Below, one piece after another: positions 16,647 through 25,877 of a stretch of 64,000 bases of DNA. The stretch comes from a virus (lineage: Duplodnaviria > Caudoviricetes): positions 32,001 through 96,000 of IMG/VR virus record IMGVR_UViG_3300020037_009644. One strand, 5' to 3'. Position numbers and translations under genes: made by a program. The notes beneath the pieces were generated by a model. The model was not told the DNA's origin. It worked only from the letters and a program-made list of their open reading frames with translations, and searched no databases. The first letter of the stretch is position 1. Each line of letters starts with the position of its first letter.

Positions 16647-17005
16647 GAGTCTATCTCGGGATCTTCATCTGAATCATAGATGGCAGTCGGTGGAGGAACT
16701 GCTTTCTTTTTTGCTTTGGCGAGATCTTTGATCGAACGAGCTTGAACCGGTGGAGCTGCTGGCTTGGGTGAAGGAGCTGGGGCGACAGGAGTCGTTGCTA
16801 TATTTTTTGGACCTGTCTTTTCTTCGGCAACAAACGCCTCACCCCACGAGGCAAGCTCAGAATAGAGAGTCTTCTCCATTTTGGCAATGGCGACGTCGAT
16901 CATTTTTTCATTGGGAAGACGGGCGTTTTGTTTTTTGGCAGCGATGAAATTACTCAACGTAACGATCGAGGCGAGATCGTTAAGCGAGAGCTTTTGATTA
17001 TTCAT
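16643..17005 (-). CDS. Hypothetical protein with Pro/Ala-rich C-terminus
   Basis: ATGA overlaps with neighbours. Confidence 0.6.
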   Translation of the reverse strand: MNNQKLSLNDLASIVTLSNFIAAKKQNARLPNEKMIDVAIAKMEKTLYSELASWGEAFVAEEKTGPKNIATTPVAPAPSPKPAAPPVQARSIKDLAKAKKKAVPPPTAIYDSDEDPEIDS

Positions 17006-17277
17006 TCTTGATCCTGTTCTTTCTCATTTGAGATGTTTTCTTTTTTTACCATCTCCTCCCAGGTTCCGTCATGAACGTTGAGTTTGACCTGAGGATCGAT
17101 GTTGTACTTTTGATATATCGCCTGAATTAGGCTTTGCAATCTTTCTTGAGAAAGTTGCGATTTGAGATTGGCGTTGTCGAGAAGAAGCTTGGTCATTTCG
17201 ACGGTTTGTTTGGAACTCTCGTGCTGAAAGAAAAGATCTTTGAGCCGAAGAAGATCGGAGGATTGAAGTTGGTTCAT
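17002..17277 (-). CDS. Hypothetical coiled-coil protein
   Basis: ATGA overlaps with neighbours. Confidence 0.6.
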   Translation of the reverse strand: MNQLQSSDLLRLKDLFFQHESSKQTVEMTKLLLDNANLKSQLSQERLQSLIQAIYQKYNIDPQVKLNVHDGTWEEMVKKENISNEKEQDQE

Positions 17278-17507
17278 GGTAGAAGATCTTGAAGAGAAAA
17301 CTCGATCCCCAAAATTTTATTTTGTCCGAAATAGCTTTGAAGCTGTTTAATTGCCGCTTCAAAGCTAAGTAAATCAATTTTTTGTATGGTAGAATGAATA
17401 AGGATTTCATCGTCTAGATTCTTAATCCCACAGCAAAAAAGAGATTCTCCAAAGTTTGAGATGACCAGGCTATATCCGTAATTCAAGAGCATTGATTGTT
17501 TTTTCAT
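17274..17507 (-). CDS. Hypothetical protein, paralog family B (LLKNGY)
   Basis: MKKQSMLLNYGYSL. Confidence 0.6.
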   Translation of the reverse strand: MKKQSMLLNYGYSLVISNFGESLFCCGIKNLDDEILIHSTIQKIDLLSFEAAIKQLQSYFGQNKILGIEFSLQDLLP

Positions 17508-17508
17508 T

Positions 17509-17739
17509 TTACGAGGGATCCTTAACGAGAGATAGTAAAAATGAATCTCGAATTCCAAGAGAATCTTGGGATTCTAGTTTTTCCAAGATAAATTCGATCG
17601 TATCATCTTTGACAACGAAGATGTTCATTATTTCAGACTTCCCATCAATGGTCGTCATAAAATAACAATCAAAATCATTGTGTTTTAAATTTGGATAAAA
17701 CTCTAACCAATATCCATTTTTGAGAAGAATGGATTTCAT
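17509..17739 (-). CDS. Hypothetical protein, family B
   Basis: MKSILLKNGYWL. Confidence 0.65.
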   Translation of the reverse strand: MKSILLKNGYWLEFYPNLKHNDFDCYFMTTIDGKSEIMNIFVVKDDTIEFILEKLESQDSLGIRDSFLLSLVKDPS

Positions 17740-17960
17740 GGAATGATGTCCTTGATAAAAAGACCAGATGAAAGTTCATAGTTCGGCTTTATTCTTAGAA
17801 GTTCTTGACAGACTTCTGAAAAATCAAAAGAGGGAACAAATATTGCAGACGGAATGTATAAATGTCCCTCGGGAGATCTGACCGAACAAACAAAACTGAC
17901 CGGAGCATTTTCCCAAATATCTAGGCTGTATCCGTGTTTCATGAGAAAAGTTTTGGTCAT
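17736..17960 (-). CDS. Hypothetical protein, family B
   Basis: MTKTFLMKHGYSL. Confidence 0.65.
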   Translation of the reverse strand: MTKTFLMKHGYSLDIWENAPVSFVCSVRSPEGHLYIPSAIFVPSFDFSEVCQELLRIKPNYELSSGLFIKDIIP

Positions 17961-18199
17961 TGTGATTCCTCGCAAATTCTGAGCATGAGATCTCCGTTGT
18001 ATGATCTTGCTACGCTTCGCAAATAATCAATTACCGATTGAAGATTATCTTCTTGAGATAAGGAATGACAAATCTCCATAGTCTCATGGTCGAATTGTAT
18101 ATTGAAAGAGACGTTATAACCATACAATGGCGATGGCGATGTGGTAAAGACCAAAGAATAGCCGTTGTTGAGCAAAATTTCTTTATTGACAATTTTCAT
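17957..18199 (-). CDS. Hypothetical protein, family B
   Basis: KEILLNNGYSL. Confidence 0.65.
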   Translation of the reverse strand: MKIVNKEILLNNGYSLVFTTSPSPLYGYNVSFNIQFDHETMEICHSLSQEDNLQSVIDYLRSVARSYNGDLMLRICEESQ

Positions 18200-18420
18200 G
18201 ATATACCCAGTAGATCGAAGACAAGATCGGGGCACCCGCCGGGTTTTAAAGATGAAATCATATCTCTATATTTGGCAACTATTTCGTCAAAATCAAAAGA
18301 ACCGATGCTGATAGCAGATCTTTCAACATAATGACCGTCTGGCGATTCAATTGCAGCAATGTTGTTATAAACATTTAAAACGTATCCGTCTTTCAAAAGA
18401 AAGGACTCTTTCCTATTCAT
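18196..18420 (-). CDS. Hypothetical protein, family B
   Basis: KESFLLKDGYVL. Confidence 0.65.
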   Translation of the reverse strand: MNRKESFLLKDGYVLNVYNNIAAIESPDGHYVERSAISIGSFDFDEIVAKYRDMISSLKPGGCPDLVFDLLGIS

Positions 18421-18623
18421 ATCGAATCCTCGCAGATTTCTAGCATATTTCGCCCAGCTGGAGTTAAACTCCCCATCTTTTTGAGATCAGCAATAACGTC
18501 TTCGACAGTTTGCCCGGAAGCTTCGAAACCACACAGAGGCATATCGCTTTTGTTGTAAAGTGTTACGCAAGATTCTTTGCTGAAAGTTAGATAATGTCCG
18601 TCTATTAAAAGTGATTCTTTCAT
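18417..18623 (-). CDS. Hypothetical protein, family B
   Basis: MKESLLIDGHYL. Confidence 0.6.
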   Translation of the reverse strand: MKESLLIDGHYLTFSKESCVTLYNKSDMPLCGFEASGQTVEDVIADLKKMGSLTPAGRNMLEICEDSI

Positions 18624-18637
18624 GATGATTCCTTGTT

Positions 18638-18874
18638 TTATATTTGTTCTTGAACCAGAAAAAGGAGAAGCTTTCCAATCTCAGAGAGCTTAGAATAGGT
18701 ATTTAGGTAATCGGCAATTGCCTCGAGAGTCTGCTCTTTTTTAGAAAACCATCCAAGCATCGTGGTATCCCGATGGTCACCTTCGGATTTCATAAATAAG
18801 ATCTCATAAGACTCTCCCGGAATTTGATCTGAAAAAGTCAGGTAGTATCCATTAGAGAGAAGAATTTGTTTCAT
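18638..18874 (-). CDS. Hypothetical protein, family B
   Basis: MKQILLSNGYYL. Confidence 0.65.
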   Translation of the reverse strand: MKQILLSNGYYLTFSDQIPGESYEILFMKSEGDHRDTTMLGWFSKKEQTLEAIADYLNTYSKLSEIGKLLLFLVQEQI

Positions 18875-18883
18875 ATGATCCTT

Positions 18884-19174
18884 TCAAAATAACGAGATGA
18901 CAAATTGCAGATCTTTAAAGATCTCAGACCCTTCCGGCTCATTCAAAAGACAGACATAAAGGTCATCAAGAGCGGATTCCGCGGTCATATTTTCGGCATT
19001 TATTCCGCCAATTTCAAGTCTTCCGGTTAACGAATCAACAATTTCTCCATAATATGGAGCTTGATTCTCAGTAGCCTTAGGGCTAAAGACCAATTCATAT
19101 CCGTTTTTGAGAAGAAATGTTGTTTTCATGAGAAGAGCGAGTTGATGGGAGGGTTTGACAAAGGAGGTGGTCAT
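18884..19174 (-). CDS. Hypothetical protein, family B
   Basis: KTTFLLKNGYEL. Confidence 0.65.
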   Translation of the reverse strand: MTTSFVKPSHQLALLMKTTFLLKNGYELVFSPKATENQAPYYGEIVDSLTGRLEIGGINAENMTAESALDDLYVCLLNEPEGSEIFKDLQFVISLF

Positions 19175-19407
19175 GGAAAAACGGAAAGATATTGCAGATA
19201 AGATATTTGTTCGTTATCATTCAACGAATTATTCACTATCACGATTTCCTTGGCGTATTCTATGGAAAACTCTTCGCCGTCAAAGAGCTGGAGAGTTAAT
19301 TGATTGAGTTTTCCATTTTCGTCGACCGGAAGAAAAACAGTGAAAGAATGATCTTCCGAATTGTAATCGATTGTCGCGCCGTCTTTGAGGAGGTATGTTT
19401 GATTCAT
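19171..19407 (-). CDS. Hypothetical protein, family B
   Basis: MNQTYLLKDGATI; close paralog of 19421..19657. Confidence 0.65.
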   Translation of the reverse strand: MNQTYLLKDGATIDYNSEDHSFTVFLPVDENGKLNQLTLQLFDGEEFSIEYAKEIVIVNNSLNDNEQISYLQYLSVFP

Positions 19408-19420
19408 ATTATACTTTACT

Positions 19421-19657
19421 TTACGGAAAAAGAGATAGGCAATGTTGCAAGAAATCGTATTCTTCGTTCTCTGAAAAACGAAGGTCCGAAATTAAAATAT
19501 CTTTGGCAAATTCAAGGGAAAACTCTTCGCTGTCTTGAATGGCGTAGTCTATATTTGTCCTATCTTGAAATGGTTCGGTGAGCCAGATGTTGAAAACTTT
19601 CCTAGCTTCGAAATAAACAATCTTGGCTCCGTTTTTAAGCAAAAATTCCTGGTTCAT
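19421..19657 (-). CDS. Hypothetical protein, family B
   Basis: MNQEFLLKNGAKI. Confidence 0.65.
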   Translation of the reverse strand: MNQEFLLKNGAKIVYFEARKVFNIWLTEPFQDRTNIDYAIQDSEEFSLEFAKDILISDLRFSENEEYDFLQHCLSLFP

Positions 19658-19660
19658 AAT

Positions 19661-19920
19661 TTAACTTTCCAAAAGATCGAGAATGTTTTTCATCAACCTG
19701 CAAGTATCGGTAAAATTGTTGTCAGCATTATATTTGTGCAATTGGGTGATAAGGATTCTGGCTTCTGTTATTGAAGGTCCAGAATGACTTTGTTCGTACC
19801 AATAAAGAGTAAAATACAGTTATCCTCTCCATCGTAAAATTTATATCCGTACTCGGGATAATAATTCATCGAATGACCATTTTTGAGAAGAAATTCGGTA
19901 GAGTCCTTTAAATCTTTCAT
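19661..19920 (-). pseudogene. Frameshifted family B member (pseudogene or sequencing error)
   Basis: MKDLKDSTEFLLKNGHSM.. from ATG 19920; C-terminal half YFTLYWYEQ..MKNILDLLES* lies in the -1 frame and ends at 19661. Confidence 0.6.
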
Positions 19921-20165
19921 AGATCCTCGAAAAGGGAAAGGCAGAATTTGTAATAATGTGCATTTTCTGGAATTAAAAGTTGCAGTTCAAATAGCTTAGT
20001 TTTAGCACATTCAATATCTGGGATGGAATCAGACATCTGTGAAATGTTTATGTACATAACCAGTAACCCAAATGAATCAACAATTTGGCAACATCTTAAT
20101 CTATTTTCAAAGCAGATTAAAACATATCCATCTTTCAAAAGATATTCTGTCGCTTTATCGCTCAT
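19917..20165 (-). CDS. Hypothetical protein, family B
   Basis: TEYLLKDGYVL. Confidence 0.65.
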   Translation of the reverse strand: MSDKATEYLLKDGYVLICFENRLRCCQIVDSFGLLVMYINISQMSDSIPDIECAKTKLFELQLLIPENAHYYKFCLSLFEDL

Positions 20166-20431
20166 GATAGATGCTCCTTAAGAGATGATAGGATGAAGCG
20201 AGCTAGATCGTCGTCATGACCATATAGAGAAGACGTTCCATTTAGACAGAGGTGAAGATAATCGTCCAAATCATTGCCGTCGATCAAGGCAATCATGCAA
20301 TATTTGCAATTTTTATAGCCGTTGTTGTCGGTGTACAAATCCGAAGAAAACCAGATCTCTAAATGAGATCTGTAGAATTCAAATTGAACATCAACTTGAT
20401 TGGGAAGGATCATTGTTTCGCGTCTAATCAT
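20162..20431 (-). CDS. Hypothetical protein, family B (LPN subfamily)
   Basis: TMILPNQVDV..WFSSDL. Confidence 0.6.
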   Translation of the reverse strand: MIRRETMILPNQVDVQFEFYRSHLEIWFSSDLYTDNNGYKNCKYCMIALIDGNDLDDYLHLCLNGTSSLYGHDDDLARFILSSLKEHLS

Positions 20432-20440
20432 TGATAACTT

Positions 20441-20752
20441 TCATGTCTTATTGAGATATTGTTGAATTGATTCTGCTATTTCAAGTGCAAATTCAGTGTC
20501 ATCGTGCCTATCATCAATATGATTGATTAATATCTTGCGCGCAGCTTCGCGAAGAATAGAATTGTCATCTCGTTTTTCGTCCAGAGCATCAATGTCTTGA
20601 TAAAACAATATTCCTTCTCGTTCAAAATACAAATCAACAAAAGAATGCCGAGCATCAAATTCAATCTCTACTTCGATTGAATTTGGCAAAAGCAATTTTT
20701 TGGATTTAGTAATATGAACAGTCTCGCGGTCGAATGAAGAACAAGAATCCAT
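20441..20752 (-). CDS. Hypothetical protein, family B (LPN subfamily)
   Basis: KLLLPNSIEVEI. Confidence 0.6.
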   Translation of the reverse strand: MDSCSSFDRETVHITKSKKLLLPNSIEVEIEFDARHSFVDLYFEREGILFYQDIDALDEKRDDNSILREAARKILINHIDDRHDDTEFALEIAESIQQYLNKT

Positions 20753-20767
20753 TTTAAGTATTTCCTC

Positions 20768-21046
20768 TCATTTTACTCTTCCTTCATCGGCTAAATATTG
20801 TTCTACCGCAAAAACGATTTGATTATTAAAATTGTCGCCTCTATGAGATTGTTGTTGTAACATGGCAATGCTTGAGGCAAGGAGTTCGCAATGATCTTGT
20901 TGTAAGGAGAAAGACACGTAACGATATTTTTTATTACCCTCGTCATCACGGTTGAGATCAGAAGAAAACCACAATTCGACGGATTGATCGTAGTAATCAA
21001 TTTCTACTTCAATTTGATTTGGAAGAATCAGCGATGTGGTAATCAT
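20768..21046 (-). CDS. Hypothetical protein, family B (LPN subfamily)
   Basis: SLILPNQIEVEI..WFSSDL. Confidence 0.6.
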   Translation of the reverse strand: MITTSLILPNQIEVEIDYYDQSVELWFSSDLNRDDEGNKKYRYVSFSLQQDHCELLASSIAMLQQQSHRGDNFNNQIVFAVEQYLADEGRVK

Positions 21047-21420
21047 TTGGGTTGTTCCTCGAAGACAGAGTTAAATGAAAATTTGATCTCGGCGAAGAGA
21101 CGTTTGCTTCGATTTTTTTCGGAGGCGTCTTCTCGATAAGACAGGACCGGCTTTTCCCAATGAGCAATTGGATTTCCGCCAACCAGAATCTCTTGTTCCC
21201 CCGAAACCGAATCGATGATCGAGACATTGGCGAGGGAGAGGAGGTGGACCAGCTTGCCCTTCATTATAACGTCAAAAGAGGAGGAGTCAAGGTCGGAAGG
21301 GAAAAGCGAGGAGACATTTTCGATCCCGCAGGCTTCGAGGATGGCGATGGTGAATTTGAGACGCTCGTCGGATGAGATTTTCGAGACGTCGGAGAGGTTG
21401 CAGGAGACGGAGTATTTCAT
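21043..21420 (-). CDS. Hypothetical protein
   Basis: ATGA overlaps on both sides. Confidence 0.6.
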   Translation of the reverse strand: MKYSVSCNLSDVSKISSDERLKFTIAILEACGIENVSSLFPSDLDSSSFDVIMKGKLVHLLSLANVSIIDSVSGEQEILVGGNPIAHWEKPVLSYREDASEKNRSKRLFAEIKFSFNSVFEEQPK

Positions 21421-21947
21421 CGAATGCCTAGAGCTTTTAACTCTTCGACAGTTAATTTCTTTTTAGCATTAGAGATTAATAAATTATTATCTTCTTTTTG
21501 TTTCTGAGATTTTTTTTGATCTTCAATTGATTTGACCTTGTATCTTTCAATTCCTTCCCGAAGTTCGGTCAAAAAATCGACGTAAAGCCATTCGGTTGGA
21601 AATTGACAATCGTCGAAGATAGCAACTTCATCACCATCTTCGGTCAAAATACAACCATCAAATTGCGGGTTTCCGGAATAGCTCCAAGCCCACCCCTCAA
21701 AGAAGTCTGAATTTAGATAGCGATCTAAATTTTCGACATCTTGGGTTGCTTCATCTCGATCATCGTCATAGTCGCCCCAAAACTTGAATTTGCATCCAAA
21801 TTCTTGGCAAATTGTTTTCAGGATAAATTCTATTCTAGAATAGATGACCGTCGTAATTCCGTCGACCTGGGCTTGGGCGATGTCTCGGTCGTTTAGAATT
21901 TTTCTACTAAGAGGTCGGGGAAGTTGGGGTGGTATGTTGGATTTCAT
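21417..21947 (-). CDS. Hypothetical protein
   Basis: 176-aa ORF ending AKKKLTVEELKALG. Confidence 0.6.
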   Translation of the reverse strand: MKSNIPPQLPRPLSRKILNDRDIAQAQVDGITTVIYSRIEFILKTICQEFGCKFKFWGDYDDDRDEATQDVENLDRYLNSDFFEGWAWSYSGNPQFDGCILTEDGDEVAIFDDCQFPTEWLYVDFLTELREGIERYKVKSIEDQKKSQKQKEDNNLLISNAKKKLTVEELKALGIR

Positions 21948-22920
21948 TGTGGTCTTTCGTAGGTTTTCTTGGTTTGTATTTTTTGACAGGTTGGCAGGTT
22001 ATTGGATTTATTTTCATCTTTTTACAAAAGAGAGTCCAGTCATTTTCCCATATATCAATCAAAGTATATTCTAATTTTTTATATTGATCAATCTTGGCGC
22101 AAGTCTTCTTATACAATTCGCCATATGTGATTTTAGCTACTTTATTTAAGTCATCTGGTAAAAATAACTTGGGGTTTCCATGCCAAAAATCTCCCCAAAA
22201 TTCCCAAACTATTTTATTTTCAAAATCAATTGCGTCAGGATAATATTTTGATCCATCCGGTAACCACAACGTTTTGTTTCTAAATTCAATAGGGATGGAG
22301 CTATAATCTAACCAAGCAATTTCGTTAGTTGATACTCTGGATGAACAAACGCCGCAACCATGACCAGCTGCGTGATGACCAGCCCTTTGATGAAAGGGAC
22401 CATGTTTTGGGCAAATAATCCAAACTTTTTGATTTGAAGCAACATATTGAGAAGCGCTATAATCATAAAAATAATCATGAGCAATATTAGACCTTCTTAT
22501 CCATTCATCATGTGATATTTGAAAATCTAATGCTCGCTCCGCATAAACACATTTGGGGCAACCTTTAGAAAACCTATGTTCATCTGGGGTTGTTGTAAAC
22601 AATCCATGAATCTGACAGATTATATCAATTTTACTTTTGGCATCTTTGTAAATACTTTTACTATAATCTAATTTGGATCCGTGTATTACAATCATTTCTG
22701 CAATCCAACTTTCGGTAGTTTTACCTTTACCACAACATTTTGGACAACCATTGGTTTGTGACTTATAAAAGTACGGCAAAACACAAACAAAACCATGGAT
22801 TGGACAACCAACAACAATTGGAGTTTTGTTATCTACGTATATAGATTTAGTAAGATTTAAATTTTTTCCGCTATGAATTACTCTTTTTCTCCATTCTTCT
22901 GTTGTAATTTTTCTTGACAT
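21907..22920 (-). CDS. Putative homing endonuclease (CPxHG zinc-finger repeats plus Vsr/DUF559-like nuclease domain)
   Basis: Three Y..S.Y...I.CP.HG.F....H....GCP.C repeats; YPD..WEFWGDFWHG..IWENDW; directly downstream of nrdA. Confidence 0.75.
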   Translation of the reverse strand: MSRKITTEEWRKRVIHSGKNLNLTKSIYVDNKTPIVVGCPIHGFVCVLPYFYKSQTNGCPKCCGKGKTTESWIAEMIVIHGSKLDYSKSIYKDAKSKIDIICQIHGLFTTTPDEHRFSKGCPKCVYAERALDFQISHDEWIRRSNIAHDYFYDYSASQYVASNQKVWIICPKHGPFHQRAGHHAAGHGCGVCSSRVSTNEIAWLDYSSIPIEFRNKTLWLPDGSKYYPDAIDFENKIVWEFWGDFWHGNPKLFLPDDLNKVAKITYGELYKKTCAKIDQYKKLEYTLIDIWENDWTLFCKKMKINPITCQPVKKYKPRKPTKDHNEIQHTTPTSPTS

Positions 22921-22926
22921 TTATTC

Positions 22927-24696
22927 TCAACCTTCGCAAGCCCGACAATCTGATGCGCTAAATACATTTTCTATTTTTAGAGCTGTTTCAGCTCTCATGT
23001 AATACATGCTTCTAACACCAAGCTTCCAAGCTTCCATATGAACTCCAAAAATATACTCACCCATTTTGTCAAAATCTTCTTTAATGCTCAAGTCTTTTGG
23101 AATACTAAAAAAGATATTAAATGAAACAGCCTGAGAAATGAATTTAGTTCTTTGAGAGTTAAGCCTAACAAGTGTATATTGGTTAACTTCTCTAGCTGTT
23201 TTAAACACGTCTTTTTCATGATCAGAAAGAAAAGATAAAGATTTGACACTCCCATTGTCATCTCTGATTTGTTTCCAAGTATCAAATGTATTTTTACCCT
23301 TTGAATCCAATATTTTTTCAAGGTTTACGTTTTTTTTGATGAACGTTCCTTTGGCTGATTGATTGATGTAGCAGTTAAAAGCTATCGGCTCGATAGATTG
23401 AGATACATTGCCAGCAATAATACTGGAAGAAACGTTTGGGGCAATAGCTGTTAAATGAGTATTTCTCATTCCAGTTCCCTTGCACCATTCTGGCTCTCCA
23501 TATTCCTTAGCAAGTTCACGGCTAGCAGCCTCTGCCCTTTGTTTTATCGTTCGAAAAATCTCGGCATTTAATTCAAATGCTTCGCGAGAATCAAGAGCAA
23601 TCATTTTGTCCTGAAGAAGAGTGTGAAAACCTAAAGCTCCAAGACCAAGCGCCCGACCTTTAATAGTAGATCTTCGGGCATTTTCTGTTCCTGGTAATCC
23701 TTCTGATTTTCTAATAAAATCTTCAGCAACAGCATCTAGAAGATAAATAGCAACTTCTATACAATCAGAGTTCTTAATTTTTTCCCAATTGCTAAGAACA
23801 AGACTAGAAAGAACACATGTAAAAGTGTGGTCTGTGGAACTAAACAAAGTAATTTCAGAGCACAAATTTGAAGCTTTAACATAGAGTTCATTATTCACAT
23901 ATGCTGGAGGTCTGTTGTTATTCACAGCATCAATAAATAAAATAAATGGCTCACCAGTATCTTGTCTTTTTTCAAGAATAAGAAGAAACATTTCTAAGTG
24001 CTCATCGTGTTTAGGGTGAAGGGGGTTATCTACAGCTTCCATAAATCTATCAGGAATTACAACTCCATGATGGAAGCTTTCAGACAAACAGCGTCTGTTA
24101 GGATCTCCAGAAGGATCTCTTACATATAAGAAGTCAATAAGATCTGGATGAAAAACTTCCTCACCATTAACTTCTTTGTAGACATCAAGCCAACAACAAA
24201 TACTTCCTCTCCGAGCGCCACCTTGGCTTGTTTCTTTAATACCAGCTTCCATTAATTTAAGCCATGGAACAATTCCTCCTGATTGTCCGCCTCCTTTAAT
24301 CGGAGCCCCAGTTGGTCGGATTCTATCAAAGCTAGTCGAAACTCCACCGCCATACTTACAAAGCATGCAATTTTCGGTTAGCGATTCAAAAATACCAATG
24401 GTGCTATCCTCTACCACGCCGCCAAAGCAAGACACACTTAATCCGTTACCAGGAATTCCAAGATTAGCAGCAACTGGTGTTGAAAGAGCAATCAATTGAC
24501 CATAAGTATAATCAAAAAATTTCTGTTCAAGATCTGGTCGATTAAGAATCGATGAAGCTGCTTTGGCTACCCGCTCATACATTTGACGTGGAGTTTCGTT
24601 ATTCTGAAGATAACCATTAGATAACATTTTAAAGCCATCTTCGGTAAGCCATTCTGGGGCTTGGTTATCTTTTTTAAGCTGTTCTAAATCAAACAT
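22927..24696 (-). CDS. nrdA: Ribonucleoside-diphosphate reductase, class I alpha subunit
   Basis: STPV, SCF, GGG, RRG, GEPFI, SNLCSEI, LGLG..G.H, AIAPN.SS, SIEP, YY, C-terminal CRACEG; no ATP cone. Confidence 0.95.
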   Translation of the reverse strand: MFDLEQLKKDNQAPEWLTEDGFKMLSNGYLQNNETPRQMYERVAKAASSILNRPDLEQKFFDYTYGQLIALSTPVAANLGIPGNGLSVSCFGGVVEDSTIGIFESLTENCMLCKYGGGVSTSFDRIRPTGAPIKGGGQSGGIVPWLKLMEAGIKETSQGGARRGSICCWLDVYKEVNGEEVFHPDLIDFLYVRDPSGDPNRRCLSESFHHGVVIPDRFMEAVDNPLHPKHDEHLEMFLLILEKRQDTGEPFILFIDAVNNNRPPAYVNNELYVKASNLCSEITLFSSTDHTFTCVLSSLVLSNWEKIKNSDCIEVAIYLLDAVAEDFIRKSEGLPGTENARRSTIKGRALGLGALGFHTLLQDKMIALDSREAFELNAEIFRTIKQRAEAASRELAKEYGEPEWCKGTGMRNTHLTAIAPNVSSSIIAGNVSQSIEPIAFNCYINQSAKGTFIKKNVNLEKILDSKGKNTFDTWKQIRDDNGSVKSLSFLSDHEKDVFKTAREVNQYTLVRLNSQRTKFISQAVSFNIFFSIPKDLSIKEDFDKMGEYIFGVHMEAWKLGVRSMYYMRAETALKIENVFSASDCRACEG

Positions 24697-25696
24697 TGTT
24701 ATTTGTATCCTTTAGGAGTTCTTCTTTTTTAATTTCCATTTGTCGAAAAACTCCATCCCAAGAAATCATTCCTTTGGCATAGTTAGTTTCACGAGCACTA
24801 AAAAAATCTTGCTGACTACTTCCAGTATAAAATTCAAACCACTCCATTTCTTTAAGAAGTTCTTTATCTATATTTTTCCAATTAGCTTTTAATCCCATGG
24901 CTGCTAAATGTTGATTAGTTTTATAACGAATGTAATTTTTGAGAATCTTTGCGCTAATTCCATCAATAGGACCCTTTTCAAAAGCTTTCTCAATAAAATC
25001 ATCTTCTAATTGAACAGTTAATCTAGCCGCTTCATATATTTTTTTCTTAAAATCATCTGTCCAAATCTCTGGATTCTCTTTTTTGAATAGGTTGAATAAT
25101 GAGATTCCAGCCATTGCGTGATTATGCTCGTCACGTGCTGAGTATTGAATTATTTTACAAACAGATTTAAGGAGATTTCTCTTGGCAAATGATAGTAATA
25201 CAGCAAATGAAGAGAATAGAGATATACCTTCATTAAAAGCAGAAAATACAGCAAGACTTAATGCTATTTCTTCTTTAGAATCACCCTTTACACCAACAAT
25301 TCTATCTATCTTAGCTTTAGCTGTTGGCTCTCTTAAGAAGGCATCATACTCAGTAATGTTTAAACTTGTTTCTAAAGCAGAATAGGCATGAGCATGAACA
25401 TGTTCAATAGCAGAAAACATAGCTGCCATTGATTGGATTTCGGGCACCGGGAACCAGCGCGCCACACAAGAGCCCCAATATTCGCTTATTATTATTTCTA
25501 CAGAGGTAAATCCTCGTAGAATTGAAGATATAACATTTTTTTCATTATCTGTTAACCTCAATTTAAAATCATTCACTGAATCTGTTAATGGTATTTCAAG
25601 ATGGGTCCAAAAAACAGAAGCCTGTCTTTTCCAATAATCATAAAAAACTGGGTACTCCATCGGGAGTAATGTTAATCTACTGTCTGTTAATCCCAT
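24689..25696 (-). CDS. nrdB: Ribonucleoside-diphosphate reductase, class I beta subunit
   Basis: FW...EI, EHVHAHAY, EGISLFSSF, RDEHNH, DFF..R..NY. Confidence 0.93.
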   Translation of the reverse strand: MGLTDSRLTLLPMEYPVFYDYWKRQASVFWTHLEIPLTDSVNDFKLRLTDNEKNVISSILRGFTSVEIIISEYWGSCVARWFPVPEIQSMAAMFSAIEHVHAHAYSALETSLNITEYDAFLREPTAKAKIDRIVGVKGDSKEEIALSLAVFSAFNEGISLFSSFAVLLSFAKRNLLKSVCKIIQYSARDEHNHAMAGISLFNLFKKENPEIWTDDFKKKIYEAARLTVQLEDDFIEKAFEKGPIDGISAKILKNYIRYKTNQHLAAMGLKANWKNIDKELLKEMEWFEFYTGSSQQDFFSARETNYAKGMISWDGVFRQMEIKKEELLKDTNNNV

Positions 25697-25730
25697 ATCT
25701 ATCTATTTCTCATCTATCTTAGTTATTTTC

Positions 25731-25774
25731 CAGAATAGAAAACGCCCCAGAAGAATTCTCTCCCTGCTGGGGCG
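25731..25774 (-). terminator. Terminator-like hairpin in the nrdB leader
   Basis: CGCCCCAG/CTGGGGCG stem followed by TTTTCTATT on the minus strand. Confidence 0.55.
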
Positions 25775-25877
25775 CATCCATAGAACCCCTCAACCCTTTG
25801 AGGAATTCACTTTGTCATGTCGTCGTGTCTTAGATTAATGTGTCGTTATTCCCCGGAGGGGCACTCCCCGGTCTCGC

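Noticed and set aside
25697-25877. Cobalamin riboswitch upstream of nrdBA
   Set aside because: B12-box and GGGAA...GCCCCCGCAACTGT core not found
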